64,000 nucleotides of DNA from Promethearchaeota archaeon (GTDB lineage Archaea > Asgardarchaeota > Lokiarchaeia > Sigyniarchaeales > SOKP01), in contig JBHLOY010000001.1 of assembly GCA_048939995.1 (NCBI GenBank), forward strand, positions 192,001 to 256,000. The letters are read 5' to 3'. Shown here in pieces: positions 9,835 through 19,925 of this stretch (position 1 is its first letter; each line of letters starts with the position of its first letter). The notes below the pieces were generated by a model, which saw only the letters and a list, made by a program, of their open reading frames with translations, had not been told where the DNA came from and ran no database searches. The position numbers were made by a program, and so were the translations under genes.

Positions 9835-10692
9835 CTATATATTCAACCAACTAAATAAATTGACGCATATTTCAATTAATTCGTCTGTCTTAAATTTAAA
9901 AAGCTTTAAATTTGAAATGTTATGATCCTTCAAAAAAATTAATAAATCTATTCTCGTAATAGGACCTTCTGTTTTATTCTTTAAAAATAATTCCAATGCG
10001 TTAATCATATTTTTATTTTTATACGGTATAATTCCAGCAACAAAATTCAAAAAAAAGGTTTTATTTTTTTTTTCTAATAGAAAAGGATGTATATTTTCCT
10101 TCTTTTTTACTTTAATGAGTGAAAGTTCGATTCTAGGTGAAGGATAAAAACTTTTTGAAGAGATTTTTAATTTTTTGACAGGATTCATAAAAGCATTAAA
10201 TGATACGGATATTCTTGAGAATTTTTTGTAATCTTCTGGATTAAAAATCCTATCGGCTATGCTTTTCTCTATTATTAAAGTTCCTTCAGGAGGGTGCTCA
10301 TTGTAAAAGACCTTTTCAAATAAAGGGCCAGTTATGGTATATGGGATATTTGACACAATTTTATTGTGATTTGGGAGTTCTGACTTTAAAATATCACCAT
10401 GAATGAATTCGATATTACTTATAGATGATACTTTTTTAGATATATATTGAAATAGTTTATAATCAATCTCATAGGAATATACTTTTTTAACCCTTAAACT
10501 TAATTCAGTTGTTAGTGCTCCTAAACCTGTTCCAACTTCAAGAATAATATCATCTTTATTAAGATTGGCAGTAGTTATTATCTTATTTACCACTCGAGGG
10601 TCAATTAAAAAGTTTTGACCTAATGATTTCTTTGGTTTTAAATTTATTTCTAATAAAGTTTCTTGAGCTTGCTGTTTATTCATGTTTTTCAT
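9835..10692 (-). CDS. ksgA: 16S rRNA adenine dimethyltransferase KsgA/Dim1
   Basis: PKKSLGQNFL, LEVGTGLGALT, VSNIPY. Confidence 0.95.
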   Translation of the reverse strand: MKNMNKQQAQETLLEINLKPKKSLGQNFLIDPRVVNKIITTANLNKDDIILEVGTGLGALTTELSLRVKKVYSYEIDYKLFQYISKKVSSISNIEFIHGDILKSELPNHNKIVSNIPYTITGPLFEKVFYNEHPPEGTLIIEKSIADRIFNPEDYKKFSRISVSFNAFMNPVKKLKISSKSFYPSPRIELSLIKVKKKENIHPFLLEKKNKTFFLNFVAGIIPYKNKNMINALELFLKNKTEGPITRIDLLIFLKDHNISNLKLFKFKTDELIEICVNLFSWLNI

Positions 10693-11348
10693 TCATACTT
10701 CTGAGTCTTCGAAAATAAGTAATATTTTACGCCTTCCCGTTGGAGTTCCTTAATTATTCTTTGTGCAATTAATTTAGCTGGATTTGAAATACTGGTACGA
10801 TCAGCTATATCTTGGAAGGTGACAAAATTTTGACGTCCTCTTTCTTCAAGAATTTCCCACATATGTTTTTGCCCAATACCAGGTAATAACTTTAATGCAT
10901 GCATTCTGGGTGTGATTGATGTAGAACTATTAAAAAAAGCAATAAATTCCTCCTCATAATTCAAGACTTCTTTTTCAAGAATTGGTTGAATTAGTGCTTT
11001 TGAAGTATTTGTTAGATCATCATAATCTATTTTTTTAATTACGTCTCTTAATTTGTTTTGCCTTATGAACTCTTCATAAGTATTTTTCTCTTGGACTCTA
11101 ATATCAGAATCTCGATTAATTTTTACTTCATAAAGGACAAAATCTGGAAAAGTAAGTACTTGAGCAAGCGGTATTTTAGACCAACTTGGCTTATCTTCCT
11201 CTGGATGTCCATGTAATAATATATCAAGAATTACCACTTCTCGGAATTTCTTTATGAACTGCTTCTTTTCTTTCGGACCTTTTCGTGGATAGGGTGGTCT
11301 GCGTGAAGTCCTTCTGTATCGATCTAAACGCCTTTCCATTTTCACCAA
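10689..11348 (-). CDS. DUF655 RNA-binding protein (HhH)
   Basis: 'SITPRMHALKLLPGIGQKHMWEILEER..F..F.DI..R'; conserved position between rpo4 and ksgA. Confidence 0.9.
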   Translation of the reverse strand: MVKMERRLDRYRRTSRRPPYPRKGPKEKKQFIKKFREVVILDILLHGHPEEDKPSWSKIPLAQVLTFPDFVLYEVKINRDSDIRVQEKNTYEEFIRQNKLRDVIKKIDYDDLTNTSKALIQPILEKEVLNYEEEFIAFFNSSTSITPRMHALKLLPGIGQKHMWEILEERGRQNFVTFQDIADRTSISNPAKLIAQRIIKELQREGVKYYLFSKTQKYE

Positions 11349-11506
11349 CCTTTATCTTTTTTACTTTTCCGATATACATGTTGAATTTTTTTTTTGAATT
11401 TCTCTTTTTTGAGAAGTAGTACTCATTAAAATTTAAAACAATAAGAATTTATAAATTCTTCGTTATTTAAAGTGGATTTTATAAATTTTTCATTAATATA
11501 TTTGAA

Positions 11507-11881
11507 TTATGATGTTTTTAACTCCTCGATTTGATAAATTAAATCTTCTAACTGCTTATCACTGAATGTTTTCCCTATAAAACTTTTTTCTAATATACTC
11601 CTTAATTCAGGAACAGTTTTGGGATCAACATTCACAATATTTACTGCATATATGTCCTCAATCTCAAATTTTTCCATTAAGAACTTTTGAATTTTTTTAG
11701 CATCTTTTTCACTCATCCTAGCAAATCGATTTACGTAATTATAAGTTATTTCTTGGAAATGGGATAGTCCTTCCTCAGGATCAATTTCTTCGATCTTTTT
11801 TTTAACTTCTTCCATTATTTTTTTTACTTCTGGAATCGATAATGTTTTTTCGTCAACTCTCCTACCAGATATAATAACCAC
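11507..11881 (-). CDS. rpo4: RNA polymerase subunit Rpo4/RpoF (Rpb4)
   Basis: 'LSIPEVK...LSHFQEITYNYVNRFA...AVNIVNVDPKTVPELRSIL'; synteny with rpl21e. Confidence 0.9.
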   Translation of the reverse strand: MVIISGRRVDEKTLSIPEVKKIMEEVKKKIEEIDPEEGLSHFQEITYNYVNRFARMSEKDAKKIQKFLMEKFEIEDIYAVNIVNVDPKTVPELRSILEKSFIGKTFSDKQLEDLIYQIEELKTS

Positions 11882-11890
11882 CTTTAAGTT

Positions 11891-12202
11891 TTAGGTTTGT
11901 TTTATTGATACGTTGTTTAATCTTAAATGCTCTCTACCAATGATTAATAATTTTTTGGAATTACCTAATCTCACTTGAACCTCATAACAACGCCCTCTCT
12001 GATTCAAAATAGTTCCAGTTAATCCATGATACCTCCTATGAGGCATACCACGTTTATGTTTGGAAGGATCTGTGATTATATCAACTCTATCTCCAATCCG
12101 ATAATCAATTAAATAAATTTCAGTAGATCCTAAACCTTTCTCTCTAACTCTCTTCCTATGCCTTTTACGCGTTTTGTTCCTGAAACCTTTATGGATCGTC
12201 AC
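11891..12202 (-). CDS. rpl21e: 50S ribosomal protein L21e
   Basis: 'GFRNKTR...GDRVDI..DPSKHKRGMPHRRYHGLTG'. Confidence 0.96.
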   Translation of the reverse strand: MTIHKGFRNKTRKRHRKRVREKGLGSTEIYLIDYRIGDRVDIITDPSKHKRGMPHRRYHGLTGTILNQRGRCYEVQVRLGNSKKLLIIGREHLRLNNVSIKQT

Positions 12203-12321
12203 TTTATGTCAACCTTATTATAAAACAAAGATAGGTTGATTTATTATTCATAATTTATTTATTTTTCTAATATCTATATGTAATTTTAGAAACTTCTTTT
12301 CATGTTTTAACAATCTTGAGA

Positions 12322-13680
12322 TTAAAATATTTTTAAAACGTCTAATTCTTTACAAATAAGAGGAAATTCAAAAATTTCGGTGAATGAGGGCTGAGTACGC
12401 CCTCCATCTCCACTAATTAGTTCTTTAATATAAGTACCTCCCTGAGTCTCAATCAAAAATTCGAAAATAGAAGGTTTAAGATATTTTCCTACAATACTAT
12501 ATACTTTTTTCTTTCGGATTTTATCTGCTCTTCTATGAGAAACCCTTGAGGGTGTTTTTTGATCGATTATTTTATTTTCTAACGATTTTTTTAATTTTTC
12601 TAGCAAAATATTAAATTGTTCTTTTGAGAGGTTTTTTTCACTTTCGATCAATGCTCTATATAATTTTCTTGCTTTTTCTGAGTTCAATTTTACTTCTTTA
12701 ACTTCATTTTTACTGCTATATCTTAAATTAGAAACTTTTACCTTTTTTTTGTTTTTTTTGTTCACAAATTTTTGTATTTTTTCCAAGTTAAGCATTCTTA
12801 CTTTAGGATTTTTCAATTCAAGAATGAATGGCCTTCCTTCACCTAGCATTTTGGCATCAATGTCCTCCCTACCAGCACCATGAAATTTTGAAGTTGTTGA
12901 TTTAGCTTTTTTAATAAACTCTGGACTTACTAGTTCTTCAACACTTATCTTATACTGTTTTCCGGAATAATCACATAGTTCACATCCTTTACCTCTACAA
13001 TTCCGACAATTCCAATGAGTTTGCGGAATATCTCTTAGAAATTTATTGTATTTTCCATAGATAAAAAGAGACTTAACTAGAAAGTTTACATTAAAATTGG
13101 TGATTTGTAATGAGTATATAATAGTAATATCGGGATTGGCAAATTCAGGTGGTTTATTTATGGCAGTCATTAAACTTTTTCCAACTTCTCTATTGAAATG
13201 ACTTTTAAAAGATTCAGCTTCAAGTAAATTAAATTTAGCTTTGAATATATCTTCTCGATTTATTATTTGAGAGTCTAGATCAGTCCCAACTAAGAAATTA
13301 TTGAACTCATAATCTTTGAGGTTGCTTACAGCTTCATCTACATAAGGTTGTAAATTAGAAAATATGCCATTACACAAATAACAAGAGGAATCATCATTAT
13401 GGCCATATACTAGTCCCTCGTTGTTCAATACACTCTGAGCTGGACGAAAATGAGCATTTTCAGCTAATATTTTTAAGTTTCTAGCAAAATTTTCACGATT
13501 TTCATTTCTATTAATGAAATTTCTGTGATTTTCCATGGTCAGTGATAATAATAAAGAATATCCTCTTTCTTGATTGGTAGTACTACTCCCTAATAGCGAG
13601 AACATCCTACCTAAACAATGAGTACAAATATAATATTCATTATATATTTCTAAAACTTTTCCAAAAATGCTCATATTCAA
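12322..13680 (-). CDS. pus10: tRNA pseudouridine(54/55) synthase Pus10
   Basis: CxxCLGRMF, 'RDIPQTHW', 'FHGAGREDIDAKMLG', 'GGTYIKELISGD'. Confidence 0.95.
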   Translation of the reverse strand: MNMSIFGKVLEIYNEYYICTHCLGRMFSLLGSSTTNQERGYSLLLSLTMENHRNFINRNENRENFARNLKILAENAHFRPAQSVLNNEGLVYGHNDDSSCYLCNGIFSNLQPYVDEAVSNLKDYEFNNFLVGTDLDSQIINREDIFKAKFNLLEAESFKSHFNREVGKSLMTAINKPPEFANPDITIIYSLQITNFNVNFLVKSLFIYGKYNKFLRDIPQTHWNCRNCRGKGCELCDYSGKQYKISVEELVSPEFIKKAKSTTSKFHGAGREDIDAKMLGEGRPFILELKNPKVRMLNLEKIQKFVNKKNKKKVKVSNLRYSSKNEVKEVKLNSEKARKLYRALIESEKNLSKEQFNILLEKLKKSLENKIIDQKTPSRVSHRRADKIRKKKVYSIVGKYLKPSIFEFLIETQGGTYIKELISGDGGRTQPSFTEIFEFPLICKELDVLKIF

Positions 13681-13829
13681 TAAATATAATTAGAAATCAC
13701 TTTTGTTTTTATTGATTTTAGTTGTTAAACGTATTTCTCATTAAAAAAATTTTAAAATTAGAATTTCTTTTTTTAATTAATTTTCATATTCAAGTTGTTT
13801 TTATTGTTTGCATTATTGGAGTCTTTTTT

Positions 13830-14066
13830 ATGACACAAAAAAAAACCGGCTTCGTAAAATGGTTTGATTATCAAAAAGGTTATGGTTTTATAACTACTGA
13901 TGATCAAGAGGACGTTTTTGTTCATTTTTCAAACATTAATATGGAAGGATTTAAGAAACTCGACATTGGAGATCAGGTTGAATTTGATTTAGAAGAATCT
14001 AAAGACGGAAAGGGCCCTGAAGCCTTAAATGTTAAAATCTTACTAAAAGATAGGAGATATTTTTAG
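13830..14066 (+). CDS. Cold-shock domain protein (CspA-like); probable start ATG at 13830
   Basis: '[15 protein letters not shown]' (RNP1), 'DVFVHFS' (RNP2), 'KGPEALNV'. Confidence 0.93.
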   Translation: MTQKKTGFVKWFDYQKGYGFITTDDQEDVFVHFSNINMEGFKKLDIGDQVEFDLEESKDGKGPEALNVKILLKDRRYF

Positions 14067-14108
14067 ATAAATATTAAAAAAAAAGAATTAGAATTATTTT
14101 TAGTTTCC

Positions 14109-15464
14109 TTACCTTGACTCCCATTCAAAATCAATAGTCACATATTTATCAGTAAAAAGGTATGAAATTAATAAAATTATTGAACATATTGGCCCAAAAA
14201 TAATTAGTCCACCTGTAAAAGCTGGACCTCCTCCAATTGAAACTAAAGGTAACCCGAAAATTATACCATTTAAAAATACGCCTACAGCTTGAAAAATGTT
14301 AAGAATTATGGAAGGAAATCCTGCATAGATACCAGCTTTCAAATCACCTGTCGATTTTTCGTCATCTTCTGCAACATCAGCATATACGATGTATGGAAAT
14401 AAATACCATCCTCCAAGTACTACTCCAATTCCTACTATAAAAATTATCCCTAAAATTAAATAATCCCCCATAGGGATTAATACCAATGTTGTTATCGGTA
14501 GAAAAAAGGCTGCTAATAACAGTACGTAGATAAGTACCTTCTTTTTACCGCGTTTCTCGATCAATTTCCTCCATATATATAAAAAAATAAAGATACTCAA
14601 AAGTAGACCAGCTGCAATAATATAATAATCAGTCCCACCTAAATCTAACGCATCTTCGGTATATTTTAACATTCCAGTTGAAATCATTGTCCATCCAAAT
14701 CCTGAAATACCAACCATTAAGACAATTAGCATAAAATTTCTATTTTTTACAGTTGTTTTAAGGCTTCCAATCAGATTTGTTTTTAATTCATAACGGGGCT
14801 CTGATGGCATCAAGAAACTCAACAAGTAAAATAGAAGAATTACTAATATACCAAAGATTATTACAGGTAGCGAGTAAAAAATCGGAGTTTGCGCATTAAT
14901 ATTTACTGCAACTAAGTCTTTATAAGTAGTTAAAATTAGCAATGTGAAAATTGACATTATACCGTTCCCAATAAAATTAAAAGTATTTTGATACTGTGAA
15001 ACTTTGGGTCTATCACCAACCTTAAATAGTTCAGCCATCCAAGCCTGGTAAGGTGTAGTCATAGCATAACTAGCCCTAAAAACAATATCCCATATCAGCA
15101 ACCAATAAAATAATAGTTGTTTGTCTCCCAAATCTGGTAGTATTAATCCTGGTAATAGTAGGAAAATTATTGATAATCCCAATAAGGGGGAGAACACTAA
15201 AATATAGGGTTTTCTTCTTCCTAATTTAGTATACTTTATATCACTTAACCATCCAAATAAAAATTGAGCTCCGGCTATAGTTAAATAACCCATTGCTAAA
15301 GCGAATCCAACTAATATTGATTCTAATCCAAAACCAGATGTATATAAGGTTAATAACGCAAATCCTTCGATTCCGAGGACAATTGAGGTACTTAATCTAG
15401 GTAAAGCATATAATAATTTTTTACCAGTGCTTGTCTCTTCTCTTAAAGCTACTGATTCATTCAA
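14109..15464 (-). CDS. MFS transporter, GPH-like
   Basis: 'GWLSDIKYTKLGRRKPY', 'PYQAWMAEL', 'YADVAEDD...AGIYAG'. Confidence 0.88.
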   Translation of the reverse strand: MNESVALREETSTGKKLLYALPRLSTSIVLGIEGFALLTLYTSGFGLESILVGFALAMGYLTIAGAQFLFGWLSDIKYTKLGRRKPYILVFSPLLGLSIIFLLLPGLILPDLGDKQLLFYWLLIWDIVFRASYAMTTPYQAWMAELFKVGDRPKVSQYQNTFNFIGNGIMSIFTLLILTTYKDLVAVNINAQTPIFYSLPVIIFGILVILLFYLLSFLMPSEPRYELKTNLIGSLKTTVKNRNFMLIVLMVGISGFGWTMISTGMLKYTEDALDLGGTDYYIIAAGLLLSIFIFLYIWRKLIEKRGKKKVLIYVLLLAAFFLPITTLVLIPMGDYLILGIIFIVGIGVVLGGWYLFPYIVYADVAEDDEKSTGDLKAGIYAGFPSIILNIFQAVGVFLNGIIFGLPLVSIGGGPAFTGGLIIFGPICSIILLISYLFTDKYVTIDFEWESR

Positions 15465-15581
15465 ATTTAATTCACTTCATTTTTTTAAAAGAAGTTAATT
15501 AATATTTTAGAGAGATCTCTATTTAAAGCTTATTAATATTGATTAATTGATTTCTTTAAGCTTAAAAAAGTACTTCGTGTT

Positions 15582-16544
15582 TTAATCCTCTTCCTCATCC
15601 CATCCTAAATCCTTAAGAACCGATTCAAAAGTCTCTGATTCTTTATCCAAAACAAATTCGGTATCATATTCAGAAGCGGTTTCAATAATTTGAGATTCTA
15701 AGGATGGAGGCGATAAATCGTCAAGAGAAGGTAATTCTTCTGAGATTGGCTGTTCTTGAACGATTTTTGGTACTTCAACTGTTGTATCCTCCTCAATTTC
15801 CATAGGAGTATAATCTTCAAGCGGAACTGGTGGAATCTCATCCTCGTATACTTTAAATTGTGTTCCATTTTCTTCTGAAACTTCCATAACTTCTGGGACT
15901 GTTTCTGTTGGATGCTCCAGTATTCTTTCATATTCCAATCCGAGTGATTTCGGAATTGAAACGATATTCTTTTCTGAAGCTTTTTCAAATTCTTCAGCTT
16001 GTACTCCCTCTTTCTCCCAATTATCTAAGAATCCCAGTAGATCATCTAATGCTGCTTTATCTTCTTCTACTGAAGGAATTTTTATTTCTGAAATCTCTTC
16101 TTCTTTTAATAACTTCTTCCGTTCGGATTCTTCCAACGAAAGCGTCATTTCAGTTATTTCATCCCCAGAAATCAAGCGGTTTAATTTTTTTGCTAATTCA
16201 CGTAAATATCCCAAATAATATCCAATCCGAAAAACATTCTTTAACCCCCCAAATACAATATATTCATCATTTATTGCTAACAGGATGCTATAACCTGAGG
16301 TATTATGAAGAATAATCTCTGTTAAAGCTCCATGAGCGGTAGCTTCGCTTAATCTTAGGCCTAAATCAATCAATGCGGTACTTGAGGCAGAAGTAGCATC
16401 CGCATCTAACTCTGATGACATTGCAGAAGCAACTTTCATTCCAACTCGTGATAATACAGCTAAATTTTCTAAATCTGTTCTATCTTCTTCAACTTTAAGA
16501 ATCGTCATCATTTTTTCTCTAATATCGGGAAGAAGGGTGGACAT
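15582..16544 (-). CDS. Roadblock/LC7 domain protein with a long acidic disordered C-terminus
   Basis: N-terminal 'LAVLSRVGMKVASA...SASSTALIDLG...EIILHNTSGYSILL'; E/D/P-rich tail of about 190 aa. Confidence 0.75.
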   Translation of the reverse strand: MSTLLPDIREKMMTILKVEEDRTDLENLAVLSRVGMKVASAMSSELDADATSASSTALIDLGLRLSEATAHGALTEIILHNTSGYSILLAINDEYIVFGGLKNVFRIGYYLGYLRELAKKLNRLISGDEITEMTLSLEESERKKLLKEEEISEIKIPSVEEDKAALDDLLGFLDNWEKEGVQAEEFEKASEKNIVSIPKSLGLEYERILEHPTETVPEVMEVSEENGTQFKVYEDEIPPVPLEDYTPMEIEEDTTVEVPKIVQEQPISEELPSLDDLSPPSLESQIIETASEYDTEFVLDKESETFESVLKDLGWDEEED

Positions 16545-16647
16545 TTTATAATAAAAACTCAGTAAATTTGATTTTATTTAAACTCAATAATGATTACTTA
16601 TTCTTAAATATACAAATAAAATTTATCCTAATATATTTTTTTATGAT

Positions 16648-17367
16648 TCAAACTAAAAAATCACTTAGAGTTTTTTGAGTAATAGGAATTTTATCTAATT
16701 TTTTGAAAGCATAACCTGATATTTGCGTAATAATATATTTCACTTCCTTGACTACGTCATCTTCTGATAGATCATTTGTATCAATAATAAAGAGCTTATG
16801 TGAATGATTTTTGGATAATAACATTTGGTCGTAAGTAGAGAGAATTTTAATTAAATAATCTTTTTCAAATTCATTCCATTGCTTTCTAATTTTTTCAAGG
16901 GAACCTCTTTGTATTATTCTTCTAAGAATAGTTTCTGGAAGGGCAGTTAAGTAAATTATATAGTCTTCACGCCATTTTACAGATTTATACATATCAGATA
17001 TAAGGCTATAGTCATCTTCTTTAAGACCTAGAGTTTTTGAATAAATTAAAACGCATATAGGGGTTCTATCAAGGATAATGATTCTACCATTGTATTTCTT
17101 ATCAAAATTTAGAACATTTTGATTTCTCTTGATAAATTGTTGCAGAAAATGCATTTCACTCCGAAAAGCAATTTGCTTATCGGATGATCCAAAGGGGAAC
17201 GGAGGAATCTTTTTATATCTTTCAGGGAAGAATTTAAATTTATGATTATTTTCTAGATTTTTCTTTAATATATTATAGATTGTAGTTTTTCCTACTCCAT
17301 GTGCACCAGCTATTGAAATCACAATATTTTGTTTAGTACCCTTGTTCCTATATGCAATCTTACCCAA
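16648..17367 (-). CDS. Deoxynucleoside/thymidylate kinase-like P-loop kinase with C-terminal PIP-box-like motif
   Basis: GAHGVGKTT, ILDRT, 'IIYLTA.PETILRRIIQRG'; ends QKTLSDFLV. Confidence 0.8.
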   Translation of the reverse strand: MGKIAYRNKGTKQNIVISIAGAHGVGKTTIYNILKKNLENNHKFKFFPERYKKIPPFPFGSSDKQIAFRSEMHFLQQFIKRNQNVLNFDKKYNGRIIILDRTPICVLIYSKTLGLKEDDYSLISDMYKSVKWREDYIIYLTALPETILRRIIQRGSLEKIRKQWNEFEKDYLIKILSTYDQMLLSKNHSHKLFIIDTNDLSEDDVVKEVKYIITQISGYAFKKLDKIPITQKTLSDFLV

Positions 17368-17491
17368 TTTTCTTTTCTCCGAGAAATTTCAATTTTACCG
17401 TATAAGAATGAATTAAAAGTGCTAATAATGCCACTAGAGTTATTTGATTTTTCTTATTATTAAATTTATATATTAAGGTAAAAATCGCTTT

Positions 17492-18601
17492 CTAAAAAAA
17501 ACCAATAAGGGTAATAAGTAATATGTTATAGAATATCCCCGATAGAATCGTTGTATAAATATTATTGCTCAGTTCGTAAACAACTCCTAATAAGATTGAC
17601 TTTAGAAAATATAGAAGGAAAAAGAAGATACTTAAGGGAAGACCAAATACTAAATATAGCCCAGCGTAAACTAAAGCGACAAGAATAATGATAGTGCTTC
17701 TACCTGTAAAATTATTTTCAAAATGACTTCTTAGTGTATTATGTAGAACTCCTCTGAAAATGATTTCAGTTGAGAAGGTAACAATACTAAGAAAAACAAA
17801 TAGAATAATAATCCATAATAATCCAGCATCTCTAATAGTCTGGTTTTCAGCAGCAAGATAACCGGGGAGATCATTTATTCCAAATGTAATCCCAGAATTA
17901 TAAATAAAATCAATAAATAAATTTGATAAGTAATTTATTTCGAATAAAATTATGGTAGTAATTAGTGCCAGAACAATAGCTATGATTAACATCTTTTTTC
18001 CAGAATAAAATCCTAATTTCTTTAAACTATGTTTTTTAGAATATATATACCATAAAGGATAGACCGCAAAAACCATTTGAGGAATTTGGCTTAACAAGAT
18101 TAATCCAATATTAATTTCTCCAAGTGTTTCAAATCCTGTTAAAAATACGATGATTATACTGATTACTATATATGTCATTAAAGAATTTCCAAATACTCCA
18201 ATACCTTCCCGTAAATTCCAGACATCTTTACTTAATAGAAGTTTTCGTTCTGGTATTAGTTTCTTATCAGTAAAAACATATCCTGTGCTTTTCTGAGGAC
18301 TAGGAGAGACAGTTACTTGTTGAGATTTAGTCAATTTTTCTAATTTAGTATTACATATGGGACATTGTTCTAAAACTGGCGAACTAATTATAGAACCACA
18401 TCCGGGACATTTTCTTGATATTGCTTCCTTAGTTTTTATTTGAGAATAATTCTCGGTTGAAGTATCTTTAGGCGAGATTTTCTCAGATTTCACTTTAAAA
18501 ACTAATTTACCACATTCTGGACAATAGACCTGATTTTTATCGATATTTGCTCCACAGTGCACACAATATTTTACTTCTGGGCTTTGATTATTATCTGACA
18601 T
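17492..18601 (-). CDS. Double zinc-ribbon plus degenerate CPBP (CAAX-II) membrane protein
   Basis: Four CxxC pairs at the N-terminus; TEIIFRG motif; multiple TM segments. Confidence 0.75.
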   Translation of the reverse strand: MSDNNQSPEVKYCVHCGANIDKNQVYCPECGKLVFKVKSEKISPKDTSTENYSQIKTKEAISRKCPGCGSIISSPVLEQCPICNTKLEKLTKSQQVTVSPSPQKSTGYVFTDKKLIPERKLLLSKDVWNLREGIGVFGNSLMTYIVISIIIVFLTGFETLGEINIGLILLSQIPQMVFAVYPLWYIYSKKHSLKKLGFYSGKKMLIIAIVLALITTIILFEINYLSNLFIDFIYNSGITFGINDLPGYLAAENQTIRDAGLLWIIILFVFLSIVTFSTEIIFRGVLHNTLRSHFENNFTGRSTIIILVALVYAGLYLVFGLPLSIFFFLLYFLKSILLGVVYELSNNIYTTILSGIFYNILLITLIGFF

Positions 18602-18746
18602 TATTTAACAGAATTTAGGATTTTATTTTATAAGACTAAAATGAACAAGCATTAGATAGTGTATCAACTTAGATAAAAATATAAATTAAAAATTATATAG
18701 TTTATGCTTATTTTTACTAATTATCAAATAATTTCAATAATTTAAT

Positions 18747-19898
18747 ATGGATTGCAAAGAGAGAGTTAAAAGGGCTTTCCATTATGAAAGGCCAGATCGT
18801 GTACCAATTTTTTGCATGAATTTGCTAAAATCAGATTTTCTATTTGGGATTTTATTTAATCCAAAGCTTTGGCAGCCTACAGATTACCCCCCTCATGTTC
18901 CTGGCGGCGTAAATTCAATATCTAAGTTATATTATCGTCTTTTTGTATATAATTGGAAAAAAAAATTTAGGAAAGAAGCAAAAAAAGCAAAAAGGTGGTG
19001 GAAAGCTCCACATATAAGTATTGATGAATGGGGTATTTTATGGAAATCCGCTGGAACCAAAAGTAATGATATCACAAAAGGTCATCCTTTCCTAGGACCC
19101 CTTCAAGAGAATTGGGATAATCTAGACCACTTTAAAATCCCTGATGGAGCAAATCTGGATAAGTTTCGTTTAATACGTAATAAATTATGGAAAATCTTAG
19201 CTAGAAATAGATATACAGTAGGAGTATTAGGAGCTAATGGCTTTTTTAATTTGATTTCACAGATTAGAGGTTTTAATAACATTTTGATAGATTTTAAGAG
19301 AAATCCTAAAAAAATAAGTAAATTAATTAAGATTATTACACCATATTACTTGGCTCAGATCGAGCAATTTAAAGAACTATATCCAAATTTGGACTCAATA
19401 TATATTGCTGATGATTTAGGAACGCAAAAGAGCCCTTTTGTTAGTCCAAATATATTTGATTCCTTTTTTAAAGAACCCTATAAAGAGATTGTTAACTTAA
19501 CTCATGATTTAGGAATGGATTTTATATTTCATTCATGTGGTCAAATTTTTGAGTTAATGCCAAGTATTATAGACACAAGAATTAATGCCTTTCAATTTGA
19601 TAGTCCACTAATGGCTGGTGTTGAGAATTTCAGGATATTTGCTGAAGAAAAAAAAGTTTCTTTTTGGCTTTCTTCGAATATACAAAGCACATATATCCTA
19701 GGAACGCCTAATGAGGTAGAAAATGAAATAAAATACTACATTAAACATATAGGAAAAGAATATGGCGGGTTAGCTATTTATGAATACGATGCTAACAAAA
19801 CATTAGGTACTCCAAAAGAAAATATAATAGCTCAAAGACGAGCCACCCAAAAATGGGGCAGATACAATAAAGATGGAATAATTTATTGGCTAAACTAA
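18747..19898 (+). CDS. Uroporphyrinogen decarboxylase-like / MtaA-CmuA methyltransferase superfamily protein
   Basis: 'PDRVP', 'DEWG', 'IRGFNN.L.D', 'ADDLGTQ', 'FHSCG', 'GTPNEV'. Confidence 0.8.
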   Translation: MDCKERVKRAFHYERPDRVPIFCMNLLKSDFLFGILFNPKLWQPTDYPPHVPGGVNSISKLYYRLFVYNWKKKFRKEAKKAKRWWKAPHISIDEWGILWKSAGTKSNDITKGHPFLGPLQENWDNLDHFKIPDGANLDKFRLIRNKLWKILARNRYTVGVLGANGFFNLISQIRGFNNILIDFKRNPKKISKLIKIITPYYLAQIEQFKELYPNLDSIYIADDLGTQKSPFVSPNIFDSFFKEPYKEIVNLTHDLGMDFIFHSCGQIFELMPSIIDTRINAFQFDSPLMAGVENFRIFAEEKKVSFWLSSNIQSTYILGTPNEVENEIKYYIKHIGKEYGGLAIYEYDANKTLGTPKENIIAQRRATQKWGRYNKDGIIYWLN

Positions 19899-19925
19899 TT
19901 CATTTCGCTTTCTAGAGATTATAAT

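Noticed and set aside
13722-13829. Hydrophobic N-terminal extension on the cold-shock protein
   Set aside because: This is an AT-rich upstream read-through from TTG. ATG 13830 with an upstream GGAG gives a normal-size Csp. The same applies to the rpl35ae extension at 26590-26631.
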